The notes: generated by a model from the letters alone, not told the origin. A stretch of DNA of 64,000 nt from an uncultured delta proteobacterium (GCA_963796055.1 CAWCKH010000003.1:1-64000); one strand, 5' to 3'; shown: positions 8,653-19,031, counted from the first letter of the stretch. Numbers and translations: made by a program.

Positions 8653-9522
8653 ATGCCCGAGCTGGACCTCTCTCTCTTGCGCACCCTCGTCGCCGTTCAC
8701 GAGCTCGGAAGCTTCGCCCGGGCCGCGCGCCAGGTGGGACGCTCCGAGTCCGCGGTCAGTCTCCAGCTCAAGCGGCTCGAGGAGCAGTGCGGCGGTCCCC
8801 TGCTCCGCCGCTCGGGCCGGCGGATGGTCCTCTCCGAGGCAGGGACCCGCGTCCTGGAATACGCCCGGCGCCTGCTGGCATTGAACGACGAGGCGCTGAG
8901 CGCGCTCCGGCCGGAGGCGTTCGAGGGCACGGTCAGGGTGGGCATCCCCACCGACGTCGCCGAGACCTGGTGGCCCCCGGTCCGGGCGCGGTTCAAGGCA
9001 GCCCATCCCGCCTTCACCGTGGAGACCCTGGTCGGGGCCGCCCCCCTGCTCGGGGAGAAGCTGCGGCGCGGCGAGCTGGATCTGCACGTGGCCTACCAGC
9101 CACGCGGCGATTTCCCCGCCCTGTGGTCCGAGACCCGGTCCATGGCCTGGGTCGGGCCGGTCGACTTCGTCCGCGAGGCTGCGGCCCCGGTTCCGCTGGT
9201 GGTGTTCAATCCTCCGTGCACCTTCCGCGACGCCGCGCTGCGGGTGCTCGAGAACGCCGGCCTCTCCTGGACCATCGCCTACGAGAGCCCCACCCTCGCC
9301 GGGCTCTGGGCAGCGGTCGCCTCGGGGCTGGGGGTCACCGTCCGGACACCGTCCGGCATCCCGGCGCCGCTGCGGATGCTCGGCGCCGAGGCGGGGCTTC
9401 CCCCGCTTCCCACGACCACCACCGCCCTGGAGGCGGCTCCCGGACGGCAACCGGGGCCGGCGGCGATGCGCCTGGTGGAGCTGATGGTCCGCTCGCTCGA
9501 GGCGACCGCAGGCGCACTCTAG
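8653..9522 (+). CDS. LysR-family transcriptional regulator, divergent from the hydrolase
   Basis: GSFARAA..VGRSESAVSLQLKRLEE HTH plus LysR substrate domain. Confidence 0.92.
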   Translation: MPELDLSLLRTLVAVHELGSFARAARQVGRSESAVSLQLKRLEEQCGGPLLRRSGRRMVLSEAGTRVLEYARRLLALNDEALSALRPEAFEGTVRVGIPTDVAETWWPPVRARFKAAHPAFTVETLVGAAPLLGEKLRRGELDLHVAYQPRGDFPALWSETRSMAWVGPVDFVREAAAPVPLVVFNPPCTFRDAALRVLENAGLSWTIAYESPTLAGLWAAVASGLGVTVRTPSGIPAPLRMLGAEAGLPPLPTTTTALEAAPGRQPGPAAMRLVELMVRSLEATAGAL

Positions 9523-11343
9523 CTACGCAGCGAGCCCGACCGGGATCTTGAACTCGAAGCGCGTGCCCTTGCCCGGCGCGCTCTCCACCCTCACCGAGCC
9601 CCCGTGCTCGGCGGCGATCTGCTTCACGATGGACAGGCCGAGCCCGGTGCCCTCCGGCCGCCCCGCGGTGGCGAACGGGTCGAACACCCGGTCGGCGATC
9701 TCCGGCGGGAGGCCCGGGCCGTCGTCCTCGAACCGGAGCACCAGGTCGTCCGCCTCACGGTCGATGCTGAACAGGAAGTTCCCGCCGGTGGGCATGGCCT
9801 CCACCGCGTTGCGGGCCAGGTTGAACACCACCCGCCGCAGCTTGCCCTCGTCGAACCGGGCCGGGCCGGTGTACCGGGGCACCACCGAGAGCCGGACCGG
9901 GCTCTTCTTGAACTCCTGACGCAGGTAGGCCTCGGTCTCGCTGGCGAACTTCTGGAGATAGACCTTGCGGATGAGCAGCTCGCGCTCGCCCCGGGCGAAG
10001 GCCAGCGTCTCGCGCATCATCGCGTTCAGGTGCTCGAACTGCTTGTCCACCACCCCCGCGTACTGCAGCCGCTGCTGCTCCTCTGGCTCGGTGGCCATCA
10101 GCTCGGTGTAGCCGCTGATGACCGTGAGCGGGGTCCGGAAATCGTGAACCACCCCGGAGAGCATCTGGCCGATGGCGGCGAGCCGTTCCCGCTGCTCCGC
10201 CTCGTCCCGGTTGCGCCGCACCTTGATCGACCGGCCTGCCTGGCCGGCGATGAGCGTCGCCAGCCGCTCGTCGCTCTCGGTGAAGCCCGAGGGCTTGTTC
10301 AGGAGCGCCAGCGCCCCCACCACCCGCTCGTCCACGGCGATGGGAACGCACAGCACCGCGTCCGCCCGGATGTCGAGCCGGGCGGGGATGCTGGGGTCGT
10401 GCGCCGGGTGGTCCGCGGCGCGCGCCACCCGGACCGTCTCCCCGGTGCGGGCCACGTGGCCCATGATGCCCTGCCCCGGCTTCAGCTTGAGCGTCGCCAG
10501 TGACTCGGCCTTCTCGCCCACCACGCTCTTGAAGAACAGCGCGCCCTGCGACTCGCCATGGTCCGCGAGGAAGATGGCCGCCGCGGTGGCGCCCAGGGTG
10601 GGAGCCACCCGGGCGAGCAGAACGTCCATGAGATCCGTCTGCTTCTCGGCGCCGGAGACCGCCTTCTCGGTCTCGAACAGCAGATCCAGATCCTTGAGCG
10701 CGTTGGAGAGGTCGGACTTGGCCCTGCGCAGCGCCTCGTTCTGGGCCCGAAGCTCCTCGTACAGCAGCACGTTGTCGAGCACCGCGGCGATCTGCGTGGC
10801 CACCGCCTCCACCAGCGCCAGGTCCTCGGCGCTGAACACGTTGGTCTTTCGATTGAGCACCTCCACCACGCCGAGGATGCGCCCGCTCACGTGCCGGAGC
10901 GGCACGGCGATCATCGACTTGGTCACGAAGCCGCTCATCCGGTCGATGTTGGGATGGAAGTGCGAGTCGGTGTACGCGTCCCCGAGCAGCAGGCTCTGCC
11001 CGGTGGCCATCACGTGCCCGGCGATGCCGGTCCCGAGCGGCAGCCGGATCTCGTCCAGCCCGCCGCCCCGGAGCACCCGGCTCCACAGCTCCTGCTTCTC
11101 GGCGTCGAGCATGAACAGGGTGGCCGCCTCGGCCTGGAGGAGCGAGCTCAGCCGGTCCATCACCGTCCGGAGCAGCGCGTCGACGTCGCGAACGGAGGAC
11201 AGCAGTGTCGCGATCTCCAGCACGGCGCTGAAGCGCTCCGCCTGTCGCAGCACCGCCGACTCGAGCTCCTGCAGCTTGTCGGTCAGGCCACTGAGCAGTC
11301 CGGCCGGGCTGACCGGCTCGGTCGCCTTGAGTCGATCCGCCAT
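9523..11343 (-). CDS. Cytoplasmic GAF-GAF histidine kinase
   Basis: Two GAF domains (GTGIAGHV...TKSMIAVPL...VEVLN; GQGIMGHV...VLCVPI...LLNK), VVHDFRTPL H-box, NLARNAVEAM, DDGPG, GTGLGL. Confidence 0.92.
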   Translation of the reverse strand: MADRLKATEPVSPAGLLSGLTDKLQELESAVLRQAERFSAVLEIATLLSSVRDVDALLRTVMDRLSSLLQAEAATLFMLDAEKQELWSRVLRGGGLDEIRLPLGTGIAGHVMATGQSLLLGDAYTDSHFHPNIDRMSGFVTKSMIAVPLRHVSGRILGVVEVLNRKTNVFSAEDLALVEAVATQIAAVLDNVLLYEELRAQNEALRRAKSDLSNALKDLDLLFETEKAVSGAEKQTDLMDVLLARVAPTLGATAAAIFLADHGESQGALFFKSVVGEKAESLATLKLKPGQGIMGHVARTGETVRVARAADHPAHDPSIPARLDIRADAVLCVPIAVDERVVGALALLNKPSGFTESDERLATLIAGQAGRSIKVRRNRDEAEQRERLAAIGQMLSGVVHDFRTPLTVISGYTELMATEPEEQQRLQYAGVVDKQFEHLNAMMRETLAFARGERELLIRKVYLQKFASETEAYLRQEFKKSPVRLSVVPRYTGPARFDEGKLRRVVFNLARNAVEAMPTGGNFLFSIDREADDLVLRFEDDGPGLPPEIADRVFDPFATAGRPEGTGLGLSIVKQIAAEHGGSVRVESAPGKGTRFEFKIPVGLAA

Positions 11344-11458
11344 CGTTGGTCCGGGTGTGGCAGTCTACACCAGGAGCGGACGACAGGCCTCCCGGGTGTC
11401 CGCCGACCGGATGGATCGCCGTTCTGCCGCCGCAGCCCGGCGGATGCCAACCCATCGC

Positions 11459-14134
11459 TCAGTGTGCATCGGCCCAGCTCTGACCGAGACCCACCTCGAC
11501 CTCCAGCGGCACCCGGAGCTGCGCCACTCCCATCATCGCGCTCCGGGCGAGCTCCACCGCGCGGTCGAGCTCCTCCTCCGGCGCCTCGAACAGCAGCTCG
11601 TCATGGACTTGCAGCAGCATCCGGGTGCGCAGCCCGCTCTCCCGCAGCCGGTGGTCGATGCGGAGCATCGCCATCTTGATCAGGTCGGCGGCAGTGCCCT
11701 GGATGGGCATGTTGATCGCCGCCCGCTCCGCGGCCTGTGCGGTGGCGCGGTTGCTGGAGTGCAGGTCGTCCATCAGCCGGCGACGGCCAAAGAGGGTCTC
11801 CACGCTCCCGGTCCGCCGGGCCCGCTCCACCGTCTCCTCCAGGTAGCGACGGATGCCAGCGTAGCGCGCGAAGTACCGGTCGATGATCGACGCCGCCTCC
11901 TCGTGGGGGATGTCCAGCCGGGTCGCCAGACCGTGCGGCGACAGGCCGTAGGCGATCCCGAAGTTCACCATCTTCGCCACCCGGCGCTGGTCGGCGGTCA
12001 CCTCTCCCGGCGTGACCCCGAACACCTCGGCCGCGGTGCGCTGGTGCACGTCCTCCCGGGCCTGGAACGCCGCCAGCAGCCCAGGATCCTCCGAGACGTG
12101 GGCCAGGATCCGCAGCTCGATCTGGCTGTAGTCCGCCGAGACCAGCTTCCAGCCCGGCTCGGCCACGAAGGCCCGCCGGATGGCGCGGCCCAGGTCGGTG
12201 CGCACCGGGATGTTCTGGAGATTCGGGTCGGAGCTCGACAGCCGTCCGGTCGCGGTCGCCGCCTGATGGAAGGTGGTGTGCAGCCGGCCGTCGGCGCCGA
12301 CCAGCGGCACCAGCGCGTCGAGGTAGGTGCTCTTGAGCTTGCTGAGCGTCCGGTACTCGAGCAGGGCGCGCGGGAGCGGGTGCTGCTCGGCCAGCTTCTC
12401 CAGCACCTCGGCGTCGGTGGAGGGGCCGGTCTTCCCCTTCTTCAGAATGGGCAGCGCGAGGTCGGTGTAGAGGACCTGCGCCAGCTGGGCGTTGCTGTTG
12501 ACGTTGAACACCCGGCCGGCGAGCTGGTGCAGCTGCTTCTCCTGTGTCGCGCACTGGGCATCCACGTCCCGCGACAGCTCGGAGAGCACGCCGAGGTCCA
12601 CCTTGATGCCGTGGCCTTCCATCCGGGTGAGCACCGGGACCAGCGGCAGCTCCAGCTCGCGGGCCAGCCCGGTCAGCTTGGCGGACTCGATCTCCCGCCA
12701 CAGCCCGGGGGCGAGCCGCTCCACCGCCTGGGCGCGCTGGCCGTAGGCCTCGGCCACCTCTTCCGGCGGCCGGTCCGCCAGCCCGCTGCCGGCTCGCCGC
12801 GCCGCAGCCGGGTCGTAGGGCACCGGGAGCTCGAGGTGGAGCCGCTCGCGGGCCAGGTCCGCCAGCGCGTGCTCGCGGCGCGAGGCGTTGAGCAGATAGG
12901 AGAGCAGCTCCACGTCCGCGCCCAGCCCCTGCAGCTCCAGCCCCACCCCGAGCAGGAGCAGCGAGAGCGCCTTGGCGTCGTGGGCGTCCTTCTCCAGCCG
13001 CGGGTCGGCCAGCACCGGGCCCAGCACCGCCCGCAGGTCCTCGAGCGACAGGCGGCGCGCCCCGAGCCCATGGTGGTCGAGCGAGACGTAGGCCGCGGTG
13101 TCACCCGCCGCCACTCCCAGCCCCACCAGGGGCACGGTGGCCGGCGGGCCGTCGTGGGCCGGCACCAGCGCCACCCTGCCGTGGGCCCGGATGGCCTCGG
13201 CCAGCACCAGGAGCGCTTCCCGGTCGGCCACCACCTGGGTCTTCCCCATCGGCCGGGCGGCCGCGGCGTCCGGGCTGGGAGGCATTTCTTGAAGGAGCTT
13301 GTAGAACTCCAGCTCGGTGAACAGCGCCCGGGCCTTCTCCCCGTCAATGGGCTGGCGGGCGAAGCTGGAGGCGTCGGTCAGTACTGGTAAATCGGTGCGG
13401 AAGGTGACCAGCTGCTTGGCGCGGAGCACGCTCGCGCGGTGCTGCTCGATGGCCTCGCGGATCTTCGGCTTCTTCACCTCCTCGAGCCGCGAGAGGAGGC
13501 TCTCCACGCTCCCGAACTGCTGGATGAGCTCGGCGGCGGTCTTCGGCCCGATGCCCGGAACCTTGGGCACGTTGTCGATCGGGTCACCGACCAGGGCCAG
13601 GTAGTCGCGCATCTGGCCGGGGTCGATCCCCAGCCGCTCCCTCACCTCGCGCGGCCCGGTGTGCCGGTCGAGCATCGGGTCGTAGAGGCTGACCCGCTCG
13701 TCCACCAGCTGCATGAAGTCCTTGTCCCCGGTGACGATCTGCACGTCGAAGCCCTGCTGCTTGGCGGCCAGGGCCAGGGTGCCGATGACGTCGTCCGCCT
13801 CCCAGCCGGCGTACTCGAGCACCGGAACCCGGAGCGCATCCACCACCTGGCGGACCAGCTCGAACTGGTGGGGGAGGTCCGGCGGCGGGCCCTCGCGGTT
13901 CGCCTTGTAGGTGGGGTCGATCTCCTGCCGCCCGGTGCGGCTCTCCTTGTCGAAGGCCAGCGCCACGTGGGTCGGCTTCATCTCCCGCAGCGTCTTCAGC
14001 AGCATCCGGGTGAAGCCGTAGACGGCGTTGGTGGGCAGGCCCCGGCTGGTGCTCAGGTTGGCGATGGCGTGGTAGGCGCGGAAGACGAAACCCGACGCGT
14101 CGATGAGCGTCAGGACGGGGCGGGAGCTGGGCAT
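11459..14134 (-). CDS. polA: DNA polymerase I
   Basis: 5'-3' exonuclease LIDASGFVFRAYHA; TGRLSSSDPNLQNIP, ADYSQIELR, AKMVNFGIAYG, LLQVHDELLFE. Confidence 0.98.
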   Translation of the reverse strand: MPSSRPVLTLIDASGFVFRAYHAIANLSTSRGLPTNAVYGFTRMLLKTLREMKPTHVALAFDKESRTGRQEIDPTYKANREGPPPDLPHQFELVRQVVDALRVPVLEYAGWEADDVIGTLALAAKQQGFDVQIVTGDKDFMQLVDERVSLYDPMLDRHTGPREVRERLGIDPGQMRDYLALVGDPIDNVPKVPGIGPKTAAELIQQFGSVESLLSRLEEVKKPKIREAIEQHRASVLRAKQLVTFRTDLPVLTDASSFARQPIDGEKARALFTELEFYKLLQEMPPSPDAAAARPMGKTQVVADREALLVLAEAIRAHGRVALVPAHDGPPATVPLVGLGVAAGDTAAYVSLDHHGLGARRLSLEDLRAVLGPVLADPRLEKDAHDAKALSLLLLGVGLELQGLGADVELLSYLLNASRREHALADLARERLHLELPVPYDPAAARRAGSGLADRPPEEVAEAYGQRAQAVERLAPGLWREIESAKLTGLARELELPLVPVLTRMEGHGIKVDLGVLSELSRDVDAQCATQEKQLHQLAGRVFNVNSNAQLAQVLYTDLALPILKKGKTGPSTDAEVLEKLAEQHPLPRALLEYRTLSKLKSTYLDALVPLVGADGRLHTTFHQAATATGRLSSSDPNLQNIPVRTDLGRAIRRAFVAEPGWKLVSADYSQIELRILAHVSEDPGLLAAFQAREDVHQRTAAEVFGVTPGEVTADQRRVAKMVNFGIAYGLSPHGLATRLDIPHEEAASIIDRYFARYAGIRRYLEETVERARRTGSVETLFGRRRLMDDLHSSNRATAQAAERAAINMPIQGTAADLIKMAMLRIDHRLRESGLRTRMLLQVHDELLFEAPEEELDRAVELARSAMMGVAQLRVPLEVEVGLGQSWADAH

Positions 14135-14152
14135 GACTTCGCCCGCGTCACC

Positions 14153-14869
14153 CTACCGCAGCACGAGCTTGATCTTCTCGTTGCAGATGAAGAACTCGTC
14201 GCCGTCCTCGACCTGCTTGCGCTTGATCCGCTGCTTGTTGAACCAGGTGCCGTTCGAGGAGCCGAGGTCCTCGATGTAGTAGGCGCCGTCGTCGCGGACG
14301 ATGACCGCGTGCTCCCGGCTGACCTTGCCGGAGTTGATGATGAAGTCGCAGTGCTTGCCCCGGCCGATGACGAACCGGTCCTTGCCGATGCGGTCCAGGG
14401 CGCCGCTCTCGGCCATGAGGTAAAGCTGGCCGCCCGAGCCCGAGCGCTCCTCGTCGTCGGGGAGCTGCCGATCGAGGATGTCCAGCGGGTCGTCCGGGGT
14501 GCCGTCCGGGGCGCCGGTGTCCACCTCCCCCAGGGAGGCCAGGTCGTCCAGGTCCCCCTTCCCCAGCACCGGGGTGCCGAGAGTGGGGGCCGCCGACTCG
14601 GCGCCGGTGCTCCGCAGGGGGGCAGTCCGGGCCGGGGCGGCGGCGGCAGCGGCCACCCGGTGGTTGAGGGTGGGCTGCGCCGGGACCGGGGTCTTCAGCC
14701 GGGCGGCCACCTCCAGAAACCCGTTCAGCCGGGCGAACATGAACAGGGCCTGGTTGATGAGCCCGTCCCGCTCGCTCCCCATCTGCCGCGCCATCTCCTC
14801 GAAGGCGTCCCAGAGATGGTCGGGGATGGCCACCTTGCGGACGGGATGTGGCGGGTTGAAGTCGCCCAT
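14153..14869 (-). CDS. FHA-domain protein with N-terminal ribbon-helix-helix-like segment
   Basis: C-terminal FHA (IGRG...VSREHA...DLGSSNGT); N-terminal RKVAIPDHLWDAFEEMA...LINQAL strand-helix-helix pattern. Confidence 0.85.
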   Translation of the reverse strand: MGDFNPPHPVRKVAIPDHLWDAFEEMARQMGSERDGLINQALFMFARLNGFLEVAARLKTPVPAQPTLNHRVAAAAAAPARTAPLRSTGAESAAPTLGTPVLGKGDLDDLASLGEVDTGAPDGTPDDPLDILDRQLPDDEERSGSGGQLYLMAESGALDRIGKDRFVIGRGKHCDFIINSGKVSREHAVIVRDDGAYYIEDLGSSNGTWFNKQRIKRKQVEDGDEFFICNEKIKLVLR

Positions 14870-14897
14870 GGCGCGCACGCCAGGGAGGCTACCACGG

Positions 14898-17489
14898 TCA
14901 GTAGTGAACGCCGATGTCCACGACGTTGTCCGCGCTGTAGGTGACCGTGGTCGGAGAGAAGTCCACGATGAGGTTCCCCCCCGGATAGAGGACGAAGATG
15001 CGGTCCGCCCCCGCGCTCTGGGGCAAGGGATAGAGGTAGCGCTGGTACAGCGCCAGCGCTCCGGGGAGGTTCAGCCCGCCCACCTGGAGGCTGCCGGAGT
15101 TGAGGGGGACCGAGGCCGGGGTGTACCCGTTCACGAACGAGAAGAAGTACCCCGAGCCACGGATCGAGGGGACGTCACCGCCGGTGAGCACCGGCTCGAT
15201 GCCGGCGTCGGTGACCCGGTCCCCGTTCACGAAGTAGTCGACGGTCTCGTGGAGCTGGAACGCGAGCCCGCTCGGACTGAGCCCCGCCGCCGAGGTCCCG
15301 GCATCGGCGTCGGGCCGCCAGAACCGGATGAACTGCGGTGCCCCGGCGTCGAAGAAGCTCACCGGCCGGGGCAGCTCCATCCGGCCGATGAATCCCGAGC
15401 TGGTGCCGGTCACCGTGAGGGGATGGGCGGCCAAGCTGCTGCTCCGGACGTTGTACGAGACCGGCGGCGGGCAGCTGTCGATGTGGGGGACGGTTCCGTC
15501 GGACAGCACCAGCACGTCGCCCCCGTCCAGCCCGCCGTCCAGGGTCTCGGCGAGCGCCGTCGTCCGGGTGACGAGGAACAGGCCACCGGGGCCAGGGACC
15601 AGCACTCCGCCATCGTCGGAGGAGAGCACCGGGAAGGCGAACTGGCACTCGGTTCCGGTGTAGTCCACCGGGACGACGATGTCCCCCGGCTCCACGTACC
15701 CCCGCTCGGCGAGCACCCGACTGTTGATGGACAGGGGCCAGCCTCCGTCGCTCGGGTCCCCCAGGCCCGCGTCCAGCGGCTCGCGGGCGATGCCCGCGAC
15801 GATGCCCTCGTAGAGGATGTACACCGACTCGCTGTAGGGCCAGGTGCCCTGCTCGATCTTGATCTCGTCGGGCAGCGGCCCGCCGCGGAAGCTGGCCTGC
15901 GCCCCGCTGTTCAGCACCGCCTGGACGGCGGTGAGGCCGGGCGGGTTCGCCGCGAAGTTGATCTGCCGCAAGGTCATGGCGTCGAAGGCGAAGATCTGCG
16001 CCGGCGGGATGCTGTTCCCGTAGCCGGTGACGGTGACGAAGCCCAGCAGCCCGTACTGGCGCTGGAACCCGTCCAGGTACAGCGCCAGCCCGCTCGACTG
16101 CAGGACCACGTCCTGGACGATGCCGACCGAGCCGTTGTTGGCGAAGCGGATGGGGACCATCCGGTTGGCGTCCCGCGGCTTGCCGTCGGCGAACACCGGG
16201 GGTGGGCGGTAGTAGGTGTCCGGGTAACGAACGGGGCCGCCGTCCGGAAGGCGCTCGAGCACCCCCCCGTCGTACGAGTCGCGCCGGTCGTCGAAGCCGT
16301 CGATGGCCACCGGGTAGCGGACGACCGGGACCGTGCCACCGTCGGGCACCACGGTGCCGTCGGGGGAGGCCCTGGACTGGACGGTACCGGTCCGGTCCAG
16401 GTCCACCGCCAGCACCCCCACGCACTCAATCGTCCCCTGGCAGGAGGCCTCGTCGAGGATGGCGAAGATCCGTGTCCCGGCGTCCATCACCACCTCGGTG
16501 ATGCCGCCGTCCACCCCCCCGTCCGTGTCGAGGTAGACGTTGTTCGGAACGCCTCCGTCGGAGTAGGCGATGACCTTCACCACGTTGCCGTGGGTGACCA
16601 GCCGCTTGACCGGGAAGCTCTCGGCGACGGTGGTGTCGGAGTTGAAGACCGCCTCGAAGGGCGAGGGGATCAGCCCGGTCGGCTGCGGATTCACCACCAC
16701 GATTCGCCCCAGCTCGGACATGGTGCTCCTGTCCGAAGGCGGGAACGGGATGGGCGGGTCGAGCAGCCGGCTGGCCAGGACCAGCCGCCGTTCCTCCGGG
16801 TCCGGGGGTTGGGCCGGGTGCTGCACGGTGGGCAGGGCCACCATCGCGGTCACCACCTCGCGGGGGATCACGTCCAGGGGCTGCAGCACGTACGGGGGGA
16901 GGTTCGACGGATAGAGCGCGCAGCGCTTCGAGTCCACGCTGGTGACGCCGCGGTCCCGCGGGAGGTTGGGGAGCAGGAGCTCCCAGAGGGTGGTGTCGCT
17001 GCCGTCGAAGGTGGCGAAGTAGAGCTGCGCCTGCAGGTCGTCGGAGCTCAGGCGTGAGGCGAGCGCGGTGACCACCGAGTCGGGCCGGGGCGCGAGCCGG
17101 CCGAACTCCTTGAGCTGCTCCGGGCAGTTCAGCGCCCCGATGATGGACACCGAGGCGCTACCGGCGCCCCGGGCGAAGATCCAGTCGCCCTGCAGCGGCT
17201 GCCCCAGAGGCCCGTAGCGGGTGGGCGTGGCGAGCTCCACCGGCGCGGGCAAGGTCGGGATGGACAGGGGCAGGAGCGGGTTCGGAGCGCGGACGAAGTC
17301 GCGCTGCAGGCCGGCGCGAGGCTCGAGGTCCAGCACCCGGAGCTCGTTGCTGCGGGTGCTGGTGACGAAGAGGAGCGAGCCCGAGACCACCGAGGAGTTG
17401 GTGCCGCTGAGCCGGGTGGGCGGAGCCACGCCGCTCTGCGAGCACGCCGCGAGGGCGACGGTGAGCAGGGCGAGGAGTCGCGTCGTCAC
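14898..17489 (-). CDS. Large (863 aa) hypothetical lipoprotein rich in DGG/DAG motifs
   Basis: GTG 17489 overlaps the upstream stop; lipobox ALAAC; the ORF-track extension to 18896 overlaps the next gene. Confidence 0.8.
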   Translation of the reverse strand: MTTRLLALLTVALAACSQSGVAPPTRLSGTNSSVVSGSLLFVTSTRSNELRVLDLEPRAGLQRDFVRAPNPLLPLSIPTLPAPVELATPTRYGPLGQPLQGDWIFARGAGSASVSIIGALNCPEQLKEFGRLAPRPDSVVTALASRLSSDDLQAQLYFATFDGSDTTLWELLLPNLPRDRGVTSVDSKRCALYPSNLPPYVLQPLDVIPREVVTAMVALPTVQHPAQPPDPEERRLVLASRLLDPPIPFPPSDRSTMSELGRIVVVNPQPTGLIPSPFEAVFNSDTTVAESFPVKRLVTHGNVVKVIAYSDGGVPNNVYLDTDGGVDGGITEVVMDAGTRIFAILDEASCQGTIECVGVLAVDLDRTGTVQSRASPDGTVVPDGGTVPVVRYPVAIDGFDDRRDSYDGGVLERLPDGGPVRYPDTYYRPPPVFADGKPRDANRMVPIRFANNGSVGIVQDVVLQSSGLALYLDGFQRQYGLLGFVTVTGYGNSIPPAQIFAFDAMTLRQINFAANPPGLTAVQAVLNSGAQASFRGGPLPDEIKIEQGTWPYSESVYILYEGIVAGIAREPLDAGLGDPSDGGWPLSINSRVLAERGYVEPGDIVVPVDYTGTECQFAFPVLSSDDGGVLVPGPGGLFLVTRTTALAETLDGGLDGGDVLVLSDGTVPHIDSCPPPVSYNVRSSSLAAHPLTVTGTSSGFIGRMELPRPVSFFDAGAPQFIRFWRPDADAGTSAAGLSPSGLAFQLHETVDYFVNGDRVTDAGIEPVLTGGDVPSIRGSGYFFSFVNGYTPASVPLNSGSLQVGGLNLPGALALYQRYLYPLPQSAGADRIFVLYPGGNLIVDFSPTTVTYSADNVVDIGVHY

Positions 17490-18952
17490 TGGATGGGATC
17501 CACGCAGTTGCGGTCGTCGGTGGCGACCAGGCAGTACTGCTTCTCGCCGATGTGGCCCACCAGCCGGGGCGCGAGCCGCCCGCCCGCCGCGGTCACCGAC
17601 AGCGGGACGTCCAGCACGGCGATCCGCCCGTCTCCGAAGTTGCTGACGTAGAGCCGGGCGAAGTCGGCGCGCCGGTCGATGGCGATGGCGAAGGGCACCG
17701 CCCCTACCCCGGGGACCAGGGCGGCGATCTGCCCGAGGTCGTCGTCGTAGAAGACCAGCGAGCCATCCACCGAGCAGCTCACCACCAACAGGGGCGCCCG
17801 GTCGGGGCGGGTGATGATCTGCACGTCGTTGGGGCCCTCCGGGAGCGGCACCGCCCGGACCAGGGCGAAGGACGGCGGGAGGTTGGACTCGGCAGGCGGG
17901 GCGTTGACGTCGATCACCAGGAGCGCCGCCGGGTTGTCCACCGCCAGGTAGAGGCGGTGGCCGTCGGGGCGGAGCTGGAGCCCGCGGGCGTCGACCGAGG
18001 CCCACACCAGCTGCAGCTGCGGGTAGGCGAGCAGGTTGCTCTTCCGGTCGATCACCCGGAGCAGGACGTCGGGATCGGTGCTGACCAGCTTCGCCCGGCC
18101 GGACACGTACAGGAAGTCGGGGGTGACCACGATGCTGTTCGACGCCCCCCGCCCGATGGTGCTGAACGCCGAGTCCGGCACGACGTAGCCGGCGTCCGGC
18201 GTCCAGGTGGCGCGGGCTGCGTCGAGGTCGGCCTGGTGCAGGGTCACCAGGTAGTTCTGGAGGTTGGTCGTGCTCTGCGCCGGGCTGGACGCCGGCCGGA
18301 GGTGGGTGACGTAGATCTCGTCGGTGTTCGGGTCGAGCGCCACGCTGTACGGCTGGGGTGCGGCGGGGATGCCGAACGATCCCGGCGTCTGCGCCAGCGC
18401 CAGCTGGAGCGAGTCCACCGTGCAGTCGCTGCCCCCGGAGAAGAAGCAGCGCAGGGGCACCCCACCGTCCGCGGGCTGGGTGATGTCCATGATCGCCAGC
18501 TCGTCCCCCTCCGCGCGCGAGGGAACGAACAGCCGGGTCCCGGCGTCGTCCGCCGTGGCCAGGCCCGCGAAGGGGGCGATGGTCACGATCGGGGCAGGCC
18601 CGCCATCGGGCGTGAGCCGGGTGAACTGCACCGGCCGACCCTGGTCGGAACCGCCGTCCGGGGGAGGAGCCATCGCCACCCCGGGCGGGGGGAGAGCCCG
18701 CCCGTCGGGTGAGCGCACCTGCGCGAGATCCACCGCCGTGACCCAGCCGATGTCGAAGCGCCGGTCGAAGTCCGAGTTGGCGACGTACAGCCGCCCCAGC
18801 CCGCCATCGGGGTCGCCCGCGGAAACGAAGGCCACGCCGGTCGGGTAGTAGAGTCGGGACTCCACCGGCGGACGGCCGACGAGATCCCGGTTGCACGCGA
18901 CGGCGAGGAGGAGGGTCGAGACGAGGGTGAGGCGCATCAAAAGGGCGCGCAT
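17486..18952 (-). CDS. YncE/YVTN-like beta-propeller lipoprotein
   Basis: Lipobox LAVAC; propeller blade motifs RLYVANSD, RLFVPS, RLYLAVD, RLYVSNFGDG. Confidence 0.8.
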   Translation of the reverse strand: MRALLMRLTLVSTLLLAVACNRDLVGRPPVESRLYYPTGVAFVSAGDPDGGLGRLYVANSDFDRRFDIGWVTAVDLAQVRSPDGRALPPPGVAMAPPPDGGSDQGRPVQFTRLTPDGGPAPIVTIAPFAGLATADDAGTRLFVPSRAEGDELAIMDITQPADGGVPLRCFFSGGSDCTVDSLQLALAQTPGSFGIPAAPQPYSVALDPNTDEIYVTHLRPASSPAQSTTNLQNYLVTLHQADLDAARATWTPDAGYVVPDSAFSTIGRGASNSIVVTPDFLYVSGRAKLVSTDPDVLLRVIDRKSNLLAYPQLQLVWASVDARGLQLRPDGHRLYLAVDNPAALLVIDVNAPPAESNLPPSFALVRAVPLPEGPNDVQIITRPDRAPLLVVSCSVDGSLVFYDDDLGQIAALVPGVGAVPFAIAIDRRADFARLYVSNFGDGRIAVLDVPLSVTAAGGRLAPRLVGHIGEKQYCLVATDDRNCVDPIQ

Positions 18953-19031
18953 CCTAGAGATCCACGACCCGGCGTCGCAAGGACTAGCGGCGAGCAAAGA
19001 ACAGGGGCAGCCCCCGCGTTCTTCCCTCATC

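Noticed and set aside
10172..13390. 1072-aa plus-strand ORF and many other long overlapping ORFs (e.g. 14478-17057, 53246-56620)
   Set aside because: Antisense or off-frame shadows of well-supported genes in high-GC DNA; no motifs and Arg/Pro/Ala-biased translations.
17490..18896. N-terminal extension making a 1332-aa protein
   Set aside because: It overlaps the propeller lipoprotein in another frame; the signal peptide and lipobox begin at GTG 17489.
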